Shown in pieces: positions 30,915-40,053 of a DNA stretch of 64,000 bases; the first letter of the stretch is position 1, and the number at the start of each line of letters is the position of its first letter. Where the stretch lies: NCBI GenBank assembly GCA_039193195.1, contig JBCCWS010000004.1, forward strand, positions 101,908-165,907. The letters run 5' to 3'. Source of the DNA: Pseudomonadota bacterium. Lineage in GTDB: Bacteria; Pseudomonadota; Gammaproteobacteria; Steroidobacterales; JBCBZW01. A program made the translations under genes and the position numbers. Under the pieces are notes generated by a model that saw nothing but the letters and a program-made list of their open reading frames with translations, ran no database searches and was not told where the DNA came from.

Positions 30915-31535
30915 ATGACACAGCATCTGAAGGTACACCCCGAGAACCCCCAGGAGCGCCTGCTGCGCCATGCGGTGGAGGCCCTACGAGGCGGCGGTGT
31001 CATCGCCTATCCAACCGACTCTTGCTATGCGCTGGCGTGCTTAATGGGCAGCCGCGACGCCATGGATCGTATCCGCAAGCTGCGCGGCAACCCCGATGAG
31101 CACTTCTTCACCCTGGTCTGTCGTGATCTTTCGGAGATCGCCACCTACGCGCGCGTGGATAACTCGGCCTATCGATTCATCAAGGCGCACACGCCCGGCG
31201 CCTACACCTTTGTGCTTCCTGCAAGTCGTGAGGTGCCCAAGCGACTGGCGGAGGGCAAGCGCCGCACGATCGGCCTGCGCGTGCCGCAGCACACGGTGGC
31301 GTTAGAGCTGTTGCGATTGCTCGGCGAACCTCTGATGAGTACCACCTTGCAACTGCCAGCGGACGACACGCCCTTGAGCGACCCCGAAGACATCGCCGAT
31401 CGCCTCGCTAAGCGCATCGATATCGTAGTTGACGGCGGTGCCTGCGGTTTCGCGCCCAGCACAGTCGTCGATCTCTCTGAGGATCCTCCCAGCATCCTGC
31501 GCTCGGGCAAGGCCCCGGTCGCAGGCACAATCTGA
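30915..31535 (+). CDS. yciO: L-threonylcarbamoyladenylate synthase-family protein (YciO/YrdC-like)
   Basis: GGVIAYPTDSCYALACLMGSRDAMDRIRKLRG...FTLVCRDLSEI...PGAYTFVLPAS...RRTIGLRVPQH matches the YrdC/YciO fold motifs. I chose ATG 30915 (206 aa). Confidence 0.88.
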   Translation: MTQHLKVHPENPQERLLRHAVEALRGGGVIAYPTDSCYALACLMGSRDAMDRIRKLRGNPDEHFFTLVCRDLSEIATYARVDNSAYRFIKAHTPGAYTFVLPASREVPKRLAEGKRRTIGLRVPQHTVALELLRLLGEPLMSTTLQLPADDTPLSDPEDIADRLAKRIDIVVDGGACGFAPSTVVDLSEDPPSILRSGKAPVAGTI

Positions 31536-31567
31536 CCTTTGTGAACCTCCGCGGGAGCGTGGCCTGA

Positions 31568-32809
31568 GTGGCCACCGATGACGGTAGACGCCTCGTCTCG
31601 GGTATGCGCCCGGCAGGTCGACTGAACCTAGCGGACTACATCGGTATCCTAAACAGTTGGGTACAGCTCCAGCAGGAGCAGGAGTGCCTGCTGTTCCTGG
31701 CAGACTGGCACGCGCTCGCGGCGAGCTATGCACACACACGCGAGTTCCGCCAACGAATCAAGGACACACTGATCGATTGGTTGGCAGTAGGCATCGATCC
31801 CCGACTCGCCACCGTTTTCCTGCAATCGCGCGTGCCCGAGTGCGCTGAACTGAACGTGCTCCTCGGTATGTGTACGCCAACTGGATGGCTGGAGCGCCTG
31901 GTGGTGGCTCGCGGCGGAGAGCCAGCAGCGCCCGGGCTCTCGGTGCAAGCGTCGTCGTTGGACGCCGCAGCGGCAGACGGTGGCACCGTCGGACAGCTGA
32001 CTTACCCGCTTCTTCAGTGCGCGGACATTTTGCTCTACCAGCCAACGCACGTTTGCGTCATGGAGGAGCAAGCGGCGCACGTCGAATTCTGTCGCGACGT
32101 TGCCGGGCGCTTCAACCATCTGTTTGGCCGAGAAGAGGACGCCCAGAAGCACAACATGAGAGCTCTGAAGTCGCTTGGCAAACGCGCTAGCCAACAGCTG
32201 GAACAGCACCGACGCGATTTCCAGGAAAGAGGCGACGAAACGGCGCTTAAGGCCGGGTTGGCGCTGGTGAGCAACAGTCAGCACCTAACCTTGGGCGACC
32301 GGGATCGGTTGATCGCCTACCTGGAAGGCGGCGGTCGCTCGCTCCTGAGTGAGCCCGAAGCGGTGGTGGTGGGCAGTCTTCGCTTGCCTGGCACCGACGG
32401 CCGGCCGATGGCGCGCGAGTACGAAAACACCATCGAGCTACGGGACGAGCCCGAAGTCGTGCAAAGGAAGCTCCGTAAGATGCCCACTGATCCTGCCCGA
32501 GTACGTCGCAAAGACCCTGGAAACCCTGAAAAGTGCCCGGTCTGGCGGTATCATTTGCGGTTTGGCGACGATGCCAGCCAGAAATGGGTCTCCGAGGGTT
32601 GCCGCGGTGCAACTATCGGCTGCACCGACTGCAAGGCCCGCGCCGCAGAGGCCGTGGTCGCGCAGATCAGTCCCATTGCTTCGCGTGCCTCGGAGCTGGC
32701 AAGCCGCCCGGAAGTGGTCGGCAGCATTATCGTGGAAGGCAGCGAACGCGCCCGCGAGATCGCCAAGGACACCATGCGCAGCGTGCGACATGCGATGAGC
32801 CTGACCTAG
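31568..32809 (+). CDS. tryptophanyl-tRNA synthetase homologue with degenerate HIGH and KMSKS motifs (catalytic competence doubtful)
   Basis: 413 aa, collinear with Thermotoga/Deinococcus-type TrpRS: SGMRP.G, ADWHAL, GIDP, YPLLQCADILLY, LPGTDGR, TDPARVRRKDPGNPEKCPVW. At the catalytic positions it has GRLNLADY (for G-x-LHLGH), VCVMEEQ (for VPVGEDQ) and PMARE (for KMSKS). See finding. Confidence 0.8.
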   Translation: MATDDGRRLVSGMRPAGRLNLADYIGILNSWVQLQQEQECLLFLADWHALAASYAHTREFRQRIKDTLIDWLAVGIDPRLATVFLQSRVPECAELNVLLGMCTPTGWLERLVVARGGEPAAPGLSVQASSLDAAAADGGTVGQLTYPLLQCADILLYQPTHVCVMEEQAAHVEFCRDVAGRFNHLFGREEDAQKHNMRALKSLGKRASQQLEQHRRDFQERGDETALKAGLALVSNSQHLTLGDRDRLIAYLEGGGRSLLSEPEAVVVGSLRLPGTDGRPMAREYENTIELRDEPEVVQRKLRKMPTDPARVRRKDPGNPEKCPVWRYHLRFGDDASQKWVSEGCRGATIGCTDCKARAAEAVVAQISPIASRASELASRPEVVGSIIVEGSERAREIAKDTMRSVRHAMSLT

Positions 32810-32848
32810 ACGGTCCAGGGCTCCGCAGCGCGCCTGCGGGAGCCGAGA

Positions 32849-33805
32849 ATGAGCGAGCAATCGAACACAGATCAGCAACACGCTGCGGCGTCGACCGAGG
32901 CCCAGCCGACGGAGGCGAGCGCGGAGCAGCGGCTCGAGCCTGAGGCGCAGCCGAGTGAATCCCTCGATGGCACCAGCGCTTCCCAAACCGAACTACCCTT
33001 CGCGTTCGTGGACGGTGAGCCGATCACCGAGCTACCGAAGGACTTGTTCATCCCACCCCAGGCACTCTCCGTCTTCCTCGAAGCATTCGAGGGGCCGCTC
33101 GACTTCCTGCTGTACCTGATCAAGCGGCAAAACCTGGATGTGCTCAACATCCCGATTGCCGACATCTCGCGCCAGTACACGGGCTACATCGATCTGATGC
33201 AAGACATGCAGCTCGAGCTCGCGGGCGAGTACTTGGTGATGGCCGCCACGCTGGCGGAGATCAAGTCCCGCATGCTGCTGCCCAGACCGGTAAGCGAGGA
33301 AGAGGATGAGGGCGAGGATCCGAGGGCTGAGCTCGTGCGGCGCCTACAGGAGTACGAGCGCTACAAGAACGCCGCAGAGCGGGTGGATGAGTTGCCTCGG
33401 ATGGAGCGCGAGAACTGGCCAGTATCAGCGCCCATGGTGGAGCGCACGGTGGTTCGCAAGCTGCCGGAGGTCACGCTCAAAGAGATGGTCGCGGCCTTCG
33501 GCGAGGTCATGTCGCGCGCGGAGTTGAATCAGCACTATCACATCCGTCGGGAAGCTCTGTCGGTACGCGAGCGTATGACCGAAATCCTCGATAACTTGCG
33601 CGCGGCGGAGTTCACCGAGTTTCGTGACCTCCTGCGCGCGGACCAGGGAAAGCAGGGGGTAGTGGCGAGCTTTCTCGCCGTACTCGAGTTGGCCAAGGAG
33701 TCGCTGATCGAGATCGTCCAATCAGGTGAATTCGCACCGATCCATGTGCGCGCGGCCGGCTCGGATAACCCGCAGCCCGCGGCGAGTGATGCAAGTACCG
33801 AGTAA
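32849..33805 (+). CDS. scpA: segregation and condensation protein A
   Basis: FEGPLDFLLYLIKRQNLDVLNIPIADISRQYTGYIDLM and MAATLAEIKSRMLLP form the ScpA kleisin signature. It has an acidic N-terminal extension. Confidence 0.92.
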   Translation: MSEQSNTDQQHAAASTEAQPTEASAEQRLEPEAQPSESLDGTSASQTELPFAFVDGEPITELPKDLFIPPQALSVFLEAFEGPLDFLLYLIKRQNLDVLNIPIADISRQYTGYIDLMQDMQLELAGEYLVMAATLAEIKSRMLLPRPVSEEEDEGEDPRAELVRRLQEYERYKNAAERVDELPRMERENWPVSAPMVERTVVRKLPEVTLKEMVAAFGEVMSRAELNQHYHIRREALSVRERMTEILDNLRAAEFTEFRDLLRADQGKQGVVASFLAVLELAKESLIEIVQSGEFAPIHVRAAGSDNPQPAASDASTE

Positions 33806-33831
33806 CCCCAACTTCTAAGGAACGCACACGG

Positions 33832-34836
33832 TTGGATACAGCTAAGCTGAGTCAGATCATCGAGGCCGCCCTAATGGCGGCGGGCCGCCCCCTGTCGACG
33901 AAGGATTTCGTTGGGTTGTTCGGGGAAGCGGAGCAGCCCCAAGCGCAGGACCTCGAATCCGCCATCAGGCTTCTCGAGCAGCGCCACGGCGAGGACTCGC
34001 CGTTGGAGTTGGTGAAGGTGTCGAGCGGTCACCGCCTGCAGGTCCGCACCGAATACAGTCCCTGGGTCAGCCGCCTGTGGGAGGAGCGCACGCCCCGCTA
34101 CTCACGAGCGTTTATGGAAACGCTCTCGATCATCGCGTATCGCCAGCCGGTGACGCGCGGTGACATCGAGGATATCCGTGGCGTCGGCGTTAGCAGCACG
34201 ATCATGCGCACGCTGCTGGATCGTCGCTGGGTTCGAGCCGTCGGCCACCGCGACGTCCCTGGGCGTCCCGCCCTCTACGGTACGACCCGCGAGTTCCTGG
34301 ACTACTTCGGGTTGTCTTCGCTCAGCGAACTGCCCGAGCTGGAAGAGCTACGCGACCTCGATCAGATCAATGTCGAACTCGATTTCGGTGACGGCGCCGC
34401 GAACGCTGAAGCCGCAACGCCGAGCGAAGGAGCGGCCGGAGCATCGCGAGCGGAAGGTGAAGCCGAGGCACCTGCCCTGGCTACGGTCACGCCGATCCGT
34501 CCCGGGGCCCTGGTTGGCGAGGCGAGCGACATCGAGGACGCGCTTGCGGCAGACACGCATGGCGATGGCACTGAGCCTGCAGAACATGAGCCGTCGTCCA
34601 ACGCACAAGACGTAACGACTGTCGCTGGCCAAGATAGGGAGTCGGCGGGGAACGGCGACGGCGACGACGTAGCAGCGCCAGCGTCAGATTCCTACGAAGC
34701 GGAGCCCGACTCGGAGGTCCTGGCTGACGCTGGCGAAGCAGGCGATGCCGTTGAGCACGATCACAAGCCTGCCGCAGAGCAGGCAGCTCAGCCCGATGCC
34801 AGCGATGACGACGACGAGCGCAACTCCGCGCAATGA
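33832..34836 (+). CDS. scpB: segregation and condensation protein B with a ~150-aa acidic C-terminal tail
   Basis: IIEAALMAAGRPLS...LSIIAYRQPVTRGDIEDIRGV...GRPALYGTTREFLDYFGL are ScpB winged-helix motifs. The tail is rich in D/E/A/G. Confidence 0.9.
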   Translation: MDTAKLSQIIEAALMAAGRPLSTKDFVGLFGEAEQPQAQDLESAIRLLEQRHGEDSPLELVKVSSGHRLQVRTEYSPWVSRLWEERTPRYSRAFMETLSIIAYRQPVTRGDIEDIRGVGVSSTIMRTLLDRRWVRAVGHRDVPGRPALYGTTREFLDYFGLSSLSELPELEELRDLDQINVELDFGDGAANAEAATPSEGAAGASRAEGEAEAPALATVTPIRPGALVGEASDIEDALAADTHGDGTEPAEHEPSSNAQDVTTVAGQDRESAGNGDGDDVAAPASDSYEAEPDSEVLADAGEAGDAVEHDHKPAAEQAAQPDASDDDDERNSAQ

Positions 34837-35693
34837 GGCGACCGCCAAGGCTCGCAGAGCCCCCCGAGCGCCTGCAGAAACTCCTGGCTGATGCGGGCAT
34901 CGCCTCGCGTCGCGAGGTGGAACGCTGGATTACTGAAGGGCGCGTGAAGGTCAATGGGCGCCAAGCTGAACTTGGCGAGAAAGCCACCCGTCAAGATCGC
35001 ATCGCCCTCGACGGCAAGCCCTTGCGACTTGCTCGCCGGGCCGCGGAGAGACGCGTCATCGCCTACCACAAACCCGCCGGGGAGGTGAGCACGCGAAGTG
35101 ACCCCGAGGGCCGCCCGACCGTGTATCAGCGCCTACCTAGGGCCGAACGCGGCCGTTGGGTGAGCGTTGGCCGCCTGGACGCAAATACGAGCGGCTTGTT
35201 GCTCTTCACTACCGACGGCGCCTTGGCCTCCAAGCTGATGCACCCTTCTCAGCGGGTAGAGCGTGAGTACGCAGTGCGCGTCCTGGGCGAGACCACTGAG
35301 GAGCAGCTGCAGCTGCTTACGCGGGGGGTCGAGCTCGAGGACGGTCCGGCGCGCTTCGATAAGGTGGTGCCCGCGGGGGCCAGCGGGGCCAACCACTGGT
35401 ATCACGTGGTCCTGCGCGAAGGTCGCAACCGCGAGGTGCGGCGCATGTTCGAGTCGATCGGCTGCGTAGTGAGCCGCCTGACGCGGGTACGCTACGGCCC
35501 AGTGGGGCTGAACCGTCGCCTGGCTAGAGGTCGCTGGGAAGAGGTGCAGGGCGATGCGTTAGAAGCGCTCTACGAGAGCGCCGGCCTTGAGAAACCGAGC
35601 CACGCACGTGGCCAGGAGGCGAGTAGGGGGCGCTTCAAGCGTCGAGTGCCCTCCCGTGCAAAGCGCGGTCCGCGGCCCCGAGGAGGTAGATGA
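34833..35693 (+). CDS. rluB: 23S rRNA pseudouridine synthase RluB
   Basis: S4 domain ERLQKLLADAGIASRREVERWITEGRVKVNG, catalytic GRLDANTSGLLLFTTDG, and a basic C-terminal tail. ATGA overlap with scpB. Confidence 0.92.
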   Translation: MRRPPRLAEPPERLQKLLADAGIASRREVERWITEGRVKVNGRQAELGEKATRQDRIALDGKPLRLARRAAERRVIAYHKPAGEVSTRSDPEGRPTVYQRLPRAERGRWVSVGRLDANTSGLLLFTTDGALASKLMHPSQRVEREYAVRVLGETTEEQLQLLTRGVELEDGPARFDKVVPAGASGANHWYHVVLREGRNREVRRMFESIGCVVSRLTRVRYGPVGLNRRLARGRWEEVQGDALEALYESAGLEKPSHARGQEASRGRFKRRVPSRAKRGPRPRGGR

Positions 35694-36414
35694 ACGCGGG
35701 CGCTACGTCCTGTGTCGTGGGCAGCGTGGTGGGGTCTTCCGCCGGGTAGGCGGCACGCCGCATGGCTGTTCGCGTGCGGCCCGGATTCAAGCTGCAGACC
35801 CGAACCGCGGTGTTCTCCGCAAGTTCATCGGCAAGCGTTTGCATCAATCCTTCTACGGCGAACTTAGACGCGGCGTACGCCCCCCAGTAGGCGCGTCCCT
35901 TGCGCCCAACGTTGCTGCTGACGAACACTATGCTGGCGTCTTTCGACCGCCGCAGCAGCGGCAAGCAGGTCTGCGTGAGCATGAACTGTCCGTTCACATT
36001 CACGTGCATCACCTCCATCCACTTTGCCGGACTGTATTGCTCGATCGGGGTCTTGCCGCCAAGGATGGACGCGTTGTTTACCAATCCGTCGAGGCCATCC
36101 CCTGCATCACTCAGCTGCTTGGCGAGATTCCAGTAGTCGTCCAGACCTGCCTTGAGCAGATCGAAGTGGCAAACGGTGGGTGTCGCCGCCTGCGGAACAT
36201 CGAGGATCGCGTTCGCCGTGTCCTCCAGTTTCTTTAGCGTTCGCCCAAGCAGGATGACGGCGGCGCCAGCGCGGGCGGCCGCCAGGGCGACGGCGCGGCC
36301 AATGCCGTCACCGGCGCCGCTGACCAGGATGCGCCGCTCGAGCAGATATCCATCGGGGATGGCGAAATCGCGAAGAGGAATCGGGATCGGCGTGATCTGG
36401 CTAGGCTCACTCAT
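35635..36414 (-). CDS. short-chain dehydrogenase/reductase, YciK-like
   Basis: ILVSGAGDGIGRAVALAAARAGAAVILLGR (TGxxxGIG Rossmann motif), NNASI, and YAASKFAVEGL (YxxxK). Confidence 0.88.
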   Translation of the reverse strand: MSEPSQITPIPIPLRDFAIPDGYLLERRILVSGAGDGIGRAVALAAARAGAAVILLGRTLKKLEDTANAILDVPQAATPTVCHFDLLKAGLDDYWNLAKQLSDAGDGLDGLVNNASILGGKTPIEQYSPAKWMEVMHVNVNGQFMLTQTCLPLLRRSKDASIVFVSSNVGRKGRAYWGAYAASKFAVEGLMQTLADELAENTAVRVCSLNPGRTRTAMRRAAYPAEDPTTLPTTQDVAPAFIYLLGAADRALHGRALDA

Positions 36415-37285
36415 GGGGAGAGTCTACCGTAGCGGAGCACGCTAGGTGCGACGGCAGATCCCCTCGCGCCGCGCGCTGTGCCCCCCGCCAAGCGCACCAA
36501 AGATCACCTAGCGAACGAGCGAGGTACCTATCCCCTGGGGGCGTCGGCGCGCGCGTTATACGCCGGTGCACGAGGCTGGCCAACACTAACAACGGGCGTT
36601 GTTCGGCCCGTGCACACGCGGGAAGGGTAGACGTAGCCGTGCCAAGCGCGGTGAGCGCGTGCGTGCGCCATGCCGCCCGGCGCTTTTCCTCATCATCTTC
36701 AGAAGCCAGGTAGGGCGACAGTGCCGGTAGTGTCGGCGTGTCCGGCGAGGCGAGGGCCTCGTCGATGGCACAGGCGGTACCGAGCGCATTTGCCCACGGG
36801 TCGACCCAGGGCGCCTCAGCTTGGTCAGGGGTCGCGAGCAGACGAGTCATCAAACGACACAGCGCACCCCAATCGTGGGTCATGCGATGGATCAGCGCTG
36901 ACCAGTTTGCGGGGACTGGCTCGGCCAGTGAGGCTTGGGTCGCACCGACCAGCTCAGCGAGGAGTAGGCCGACGGTCCGCGCATCCGCCAATGCAGAAAT
37001 CCCTACAGCATTCGCGAGGTGTCGGGACAGCGGATGGCGTGGTTGCCCGGCGACGATGCGGCCAGCCTCTTCGCCCCACCACGACAAGCGGGTGGACGCC
37101 ACTTCTGGCGCCAGATCGGCTGCGAGCGAGCGACCGATTTCACCGCGAAGAGCGAAGACCACGCCCAGGTGCTCTCGATGCGTGGCCGCGGCGAATAGTA
37201 TCGGCAGATACGCCGTGGTGCCAGGGGCCGCGGCGCGCTCGACGAAGTCCGCGACCTCCGGGTCGGCGCTCATCGCCTCACTCAC
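36407..37285 (-). CDS. squalene/phytoene synthase-family (NDUFAF6-like) protein without visible Asp-rich motifs
   Basis: AYLPILFAAATHREHLGVVFALRGEIGRSL...VASTRLSWWGEE resembles the bacterial COG1562/NDUFAF6-like pattern (..ALFALYAFN.E.AR....RLQWW..). No DxxxD motifs found. Assignment is by motif memory only. Confidence 0.45.
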   Translation of the reverse strand: MSEAMSADPEVADFVERAAAPGTTAYLPILFAAATHREHLGVVFALRGEIGRSLAADLAPEVASTRLSWWGEEAGRIVAGQPRHPLSRHLANAVGISALADARTVGLLLAELVGATQASLAEPVPANWSALIHRMTHDWGALCRLMTRLLATPDQAEAPWVDPWANALGTACAIDEALASPDTPTLPALSPYLASEDDEEKRRAAWRTHALTALGTATSTLPACARAEQRPLLVLASLVHRRITRAPTPPGDRYLARSLGDLWCAWRGAQRAARGDLPSHLACSATVDSPHE

Positions 37286-38655
37286 GCGCCTTCGTCATCA
37301 TCAGCAGGCCCGGGCCCCTGCGCTGTGCTTTGTGCAGATGGGGAGAACGACTCCGGCCGGTCCACCCAGTCCGCCTGCGGCGCCTCAGAGGGCGGCTGAG
37401 CAGGGGGAGCCTCGACGGCACGAGGCAGCTGCTCGACGGGCTCCAGCGACTCCAGCGCTTCACCCTCCACCCCAAGCTCGGCGAAACGTCGGGCGCTCGG
37501 CAGCACGGAGCGCTCTAAGGATCCCACGGCCTTGTTGAAGCCCTTCACGCTGTTCTCGAGTTGCCGCCCCAGAGTTGACATGTGACTGGTGAAGGTGCCG
37601 AGGCGTTTGTACAGCGTCTCGGCCAGCTCTCGAATGCGATTCGCGTTGCGGGCCAGTGAGAGTTGGCGCCAGCCGTACGCGACTGACTTGAGCAGCGCGA
37701 TCAGGCTACTCGGTGTCGCCAGTATCACCTTACGGCGTATAGCATCATCCAGCAGATCGGCGTCCTCCGCGAGCGCTGCGCTCAGGAATTGATCGCCTGG
37801 AACAAACAGGATGACGAACTCCGGCGTTGACTCGAGCGCACTCCAGTACTTGCGATCCGCCAAGGTCCTCACGTGCGTGCGCAGGTTGCGGGCATGACGG
37901 GCGAGGGCCTGCTGGCGAGCCTCATCGTCACTCGCCTCGGTAGCTTCCAAGTAGGCATCCAGGGGCGTCTTTGCGTCCACGACAAGGTCGCGTGCTTCGG
38001 GCAGGTGCACGATCATATCCGGTCGCAGCGCACCGTCGTCCCCCACCACGTGCGGTTGCTCAACGAAATCCGTGTGTTCCTGCATGCCGGCCAGTTCCAC
38101 CAGCCGGCGCAGCGTGAGCTCACCCCACTGACCGCGCACCTCGGGGCGGCGCAAGGCGGTGACCAGTTGACGCGTCTCTGCACGCAAAGCTGCCTGCGAC
38201 TCCGCCATCGCCTTGAGCTCTTGGCGAATGCTGCCGTAAGCCTGTTGCCGCTCCGCCTCGATCTTGGCCACCTGCTCTTCCGTACGAGTCAGCGCCTGAG
38301 CGATCGGCCCAACCAGCTTGTGCAGGGTAACTCGCAGCTCCGCGCCTGCACGAGTCTGCTGCTGGCCCACACTTTCCTGCGCCAGCTTCAGGAACGTATC
38401 GCTGCGCGATTGCAGGGACTTATCCGCTAGCTCTCCTAGCAGATGGGTGAGGCGCTCGTCTGCTTGTGCAATCACCGCGTCGCGCTCGTCGATCAATGCT
38501 TCTTCGCTGCGCAGACGCTCCTCGAGCACGGCGAGGGCCCGCTCCAGATCGGCGATACGTCGTCCCCGTAGCCACGCCGCTATGGCCGCGCCCAACAGAA
38601 CACCTAGGCCCATGCCGGCGAGGGCGAAATAGAGTTGTTGCGCGCTAACCTGCAT
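37282..38655 (-). CDS. rmuC: DNA recombination protein RmuC
   Basis: N-terminal TM segment, a long coiled coil, then GQWGELTLRRLVELAGMQEHTDFVEQ...DMIVHLPEARDLVVDAKTPL...VILFVPGDQFL (the RmuC nuclease-like domain). Confidence 0.9.
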   Translation of the reverse strand: MQVSAQQLYFALAGMGLGVLLGAAIAAWLRGRRIADLERALAVLEERLRSEEALIDERDAVIAQADERLTHLLGELADKSLQSRSDTFLKLAQESVGQQQTRAGAELRVTLHKLVGPIAQALTRTEEQVAKIEAERQQAYGSIRQELKAMAESQAALRAETRQLVTALRRPEVRGQWGELTLRRLVELAGMQEHTDFVEQPHVVGDDGALRPDMIVHLPEARDLVVDAKTPLDAYLEATEASDDEARQQALARHARNLRTHVRTLADRKYWSALESTPEFVILFVPGDQFLSAALAEDADLLDDAIRRKVILATPSSLIALLKSVAYGWRQLSLARNANRIRELAETLYKRLGTFTSHMSTLGRQLENSVKGFNKAVGSLERSVLPSARRFAELGVEGEALESLEPVEQLPRAVEAPPAQPPSEAPQADWVDRPESFSPSAQSTAQGPGPADDDEGA

Positions 38656-39325
38656 CGAACCAGCCGTGGCGCTCTAGCCACCGCGTGAACAGCGTGGGCG
38701 TGGCGCAGATCGCGTCCGCACCCCACTGGTCGATGACCTCGCCAGGCGCAATGTACCCCCAGGCTGCTGCCACCACGGGCATGGCCGCCCCTCGGGCTGC
38801 CTGGATGTCACGCTGATCGTCGCCACTGTAGATGCAGTTGGTGGCTTGCACACTCAGCAGTTCGGCCGCGTGACGTAGGGGAGCTGGGTCGGGTTTGCGC
38901 TGGGGCAGGGTGTCGCCGCACACCACGCATGGAGCTCGTTCTAGCAATGCCAGTCGCTCCAGCAGAGGTTCCGTTAGCCATGTCGGCTTGTTGGTGACGA
39001 TGCCCCAGGTGAGCGACGGATGCGCCTCGATTTGCCGCAGGAGCGCTTCGCATCCGTGGAACAGCGCCGAACCCTCGCAGACCCGTTCGGCGTAGAGCGT
39101 CAAGAAGCGCTGGCGCAGGGCCTCACGTTCGTCTTCCTGCGCAATATCCGGGAAGCCTGCGCTGATGAGACCGCCGGCACCACGAGAGACATGGGCCCGC
39201 GCAAAGTCCACGTCGCAGGCGCTACGCCCGTGCTCCTGGAGTAGACGTTGCAGGGCCCCGACCATGTCCGGCGCGCTGTCTAAGAGCGTGCCGTCGAGGT
39301 CGAAGAGGATGGCCCGTGAGATCAC
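38645..39325 (-). CDS. HAD-superfamily phosphatase (phosphoglycolate phosphatase Gph / MupP-like)
   Basis: ILFDLDGTLLDSAPDM (DxDGT motif I), GIVTNK (motif II), and YSGDDQRDIQAA (motif IV). It sits next to ubiG, as in Pseudomonas. Confidence 0.85.
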   Translation of the reverse strand: MISRAILFDLDGTLLDSAPDMVGALQRLLQEHGRSACDVDFARAHVSRGAGGLISAGFPDIAQEDEREALRQRFLTLYAERVCEGSALFHGCEALLRQIEAHPSLTWGIVTNKPTWLTEPLLERLALLERAPCVVCGDTLPQRKPDPAPLRHAAELLSVQATNCIYSGDDQRDIQAARGAAMPVVAAAWGYIAPGEVIDQWGADAICATPTLFTRWLERHGWFDAG

Positions 39326-40053
39326 GGGACCGGCTCTTGCAGCGCCGGGGCCACGTAGGCGGCCAGGTAGTTGACACTCACATCGTTACAGAGCTTGGCG
39401 CGTCGAACGAGAGGATCGTAGTGCATACCCCGCAGTTCCTGGAGAGCGAGTCCCGCGTCGCGGGCGGCCCCGTCCAGTTCCGAGGGGCGCAGGAACCGTG
39501 CGTAGTCGTGCGTTCCGCGCGGCAGCAGGCCAAGCACGTACTCGGCGCCAACCACTGCTAGAGCGTAGGCTTTCGCCGTTCGGTTGATGGTGGAGAGGAA
39601 CACGTATCCGCGGGGACGTACCAGTCGAGCACACGCGTGCACAACGGCGGCGGGCTGCGGTACGTGTTCGAGCATCTCTAGGCAGGTGACGAAATCGTAG
39701 CTACCCGGGTGCTCGTCAGCGAGGGTCTCGGCGGTGGATAGCTCGTAGCGCAAGGGGAGCTTAGGGGTGAGGGTCGCATGAGCCTTCGCTGCCCGGATGG
39801 CCGCCTCGCTCATGTCTATGCCCAGCATCGTAGCACCAGCCCGAGCTAACGCTTCCGTAAGGATGCCACCCCCGCAGCCGATGTCCACCCCACGTTGGCC
39901 AGCCACCGGCACGTGGGAGCGGATAAAGTCGAGTCGCGCGGGATTGATATCATGGAGCGTGCGAAAACCACCATCATCGCGCCACCAGTCCTCCCCGAAG
40001 GCATCAAAGTGGCCGATTTCTGCGGCGTCCACGTTCGGCGAGGTACGGGTCAT
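39322..40053 (-). CDS. ubiG: bifunctional 3-demethylubiquinol 3-O-methyltransferase / 2-polyprenyl-6-hydroxyphenol methylase UbiG
   Basis: Collinear with E. coli UbiG: NVD..EI..F......WW...G.F..LH.INP.RL.FI, VDIGCGGGILTEALA, CLEMLEHVP, TINRT, AVVGAEYVL...PRGTHDY. The chosen ATG 40053 makes an ATGA overlap with the mtaD stop. Confidence 0.93.
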   Translation of the reverse strand: MTRTSPNVDAAEIGHFDAFGEDWWRDDGGFRTLHDINPARLDFIRSHVPVAGQRGVDIGCGGGILTEALARAGATMLGIDMSEAAIRAAKAHATLTPKLPLRYELSTAETLADEHPGSYDFVTCLEMLEHVPQPAAVVHACARLVRPRGYVFLSTINRTAKAYALAVVGAEYVLGLLPRGTHDYARFLRPSELDGAARDAGLALQELRGMHYDPLVRRAKLCNDVSVNYLAAYVAPALQEPVP

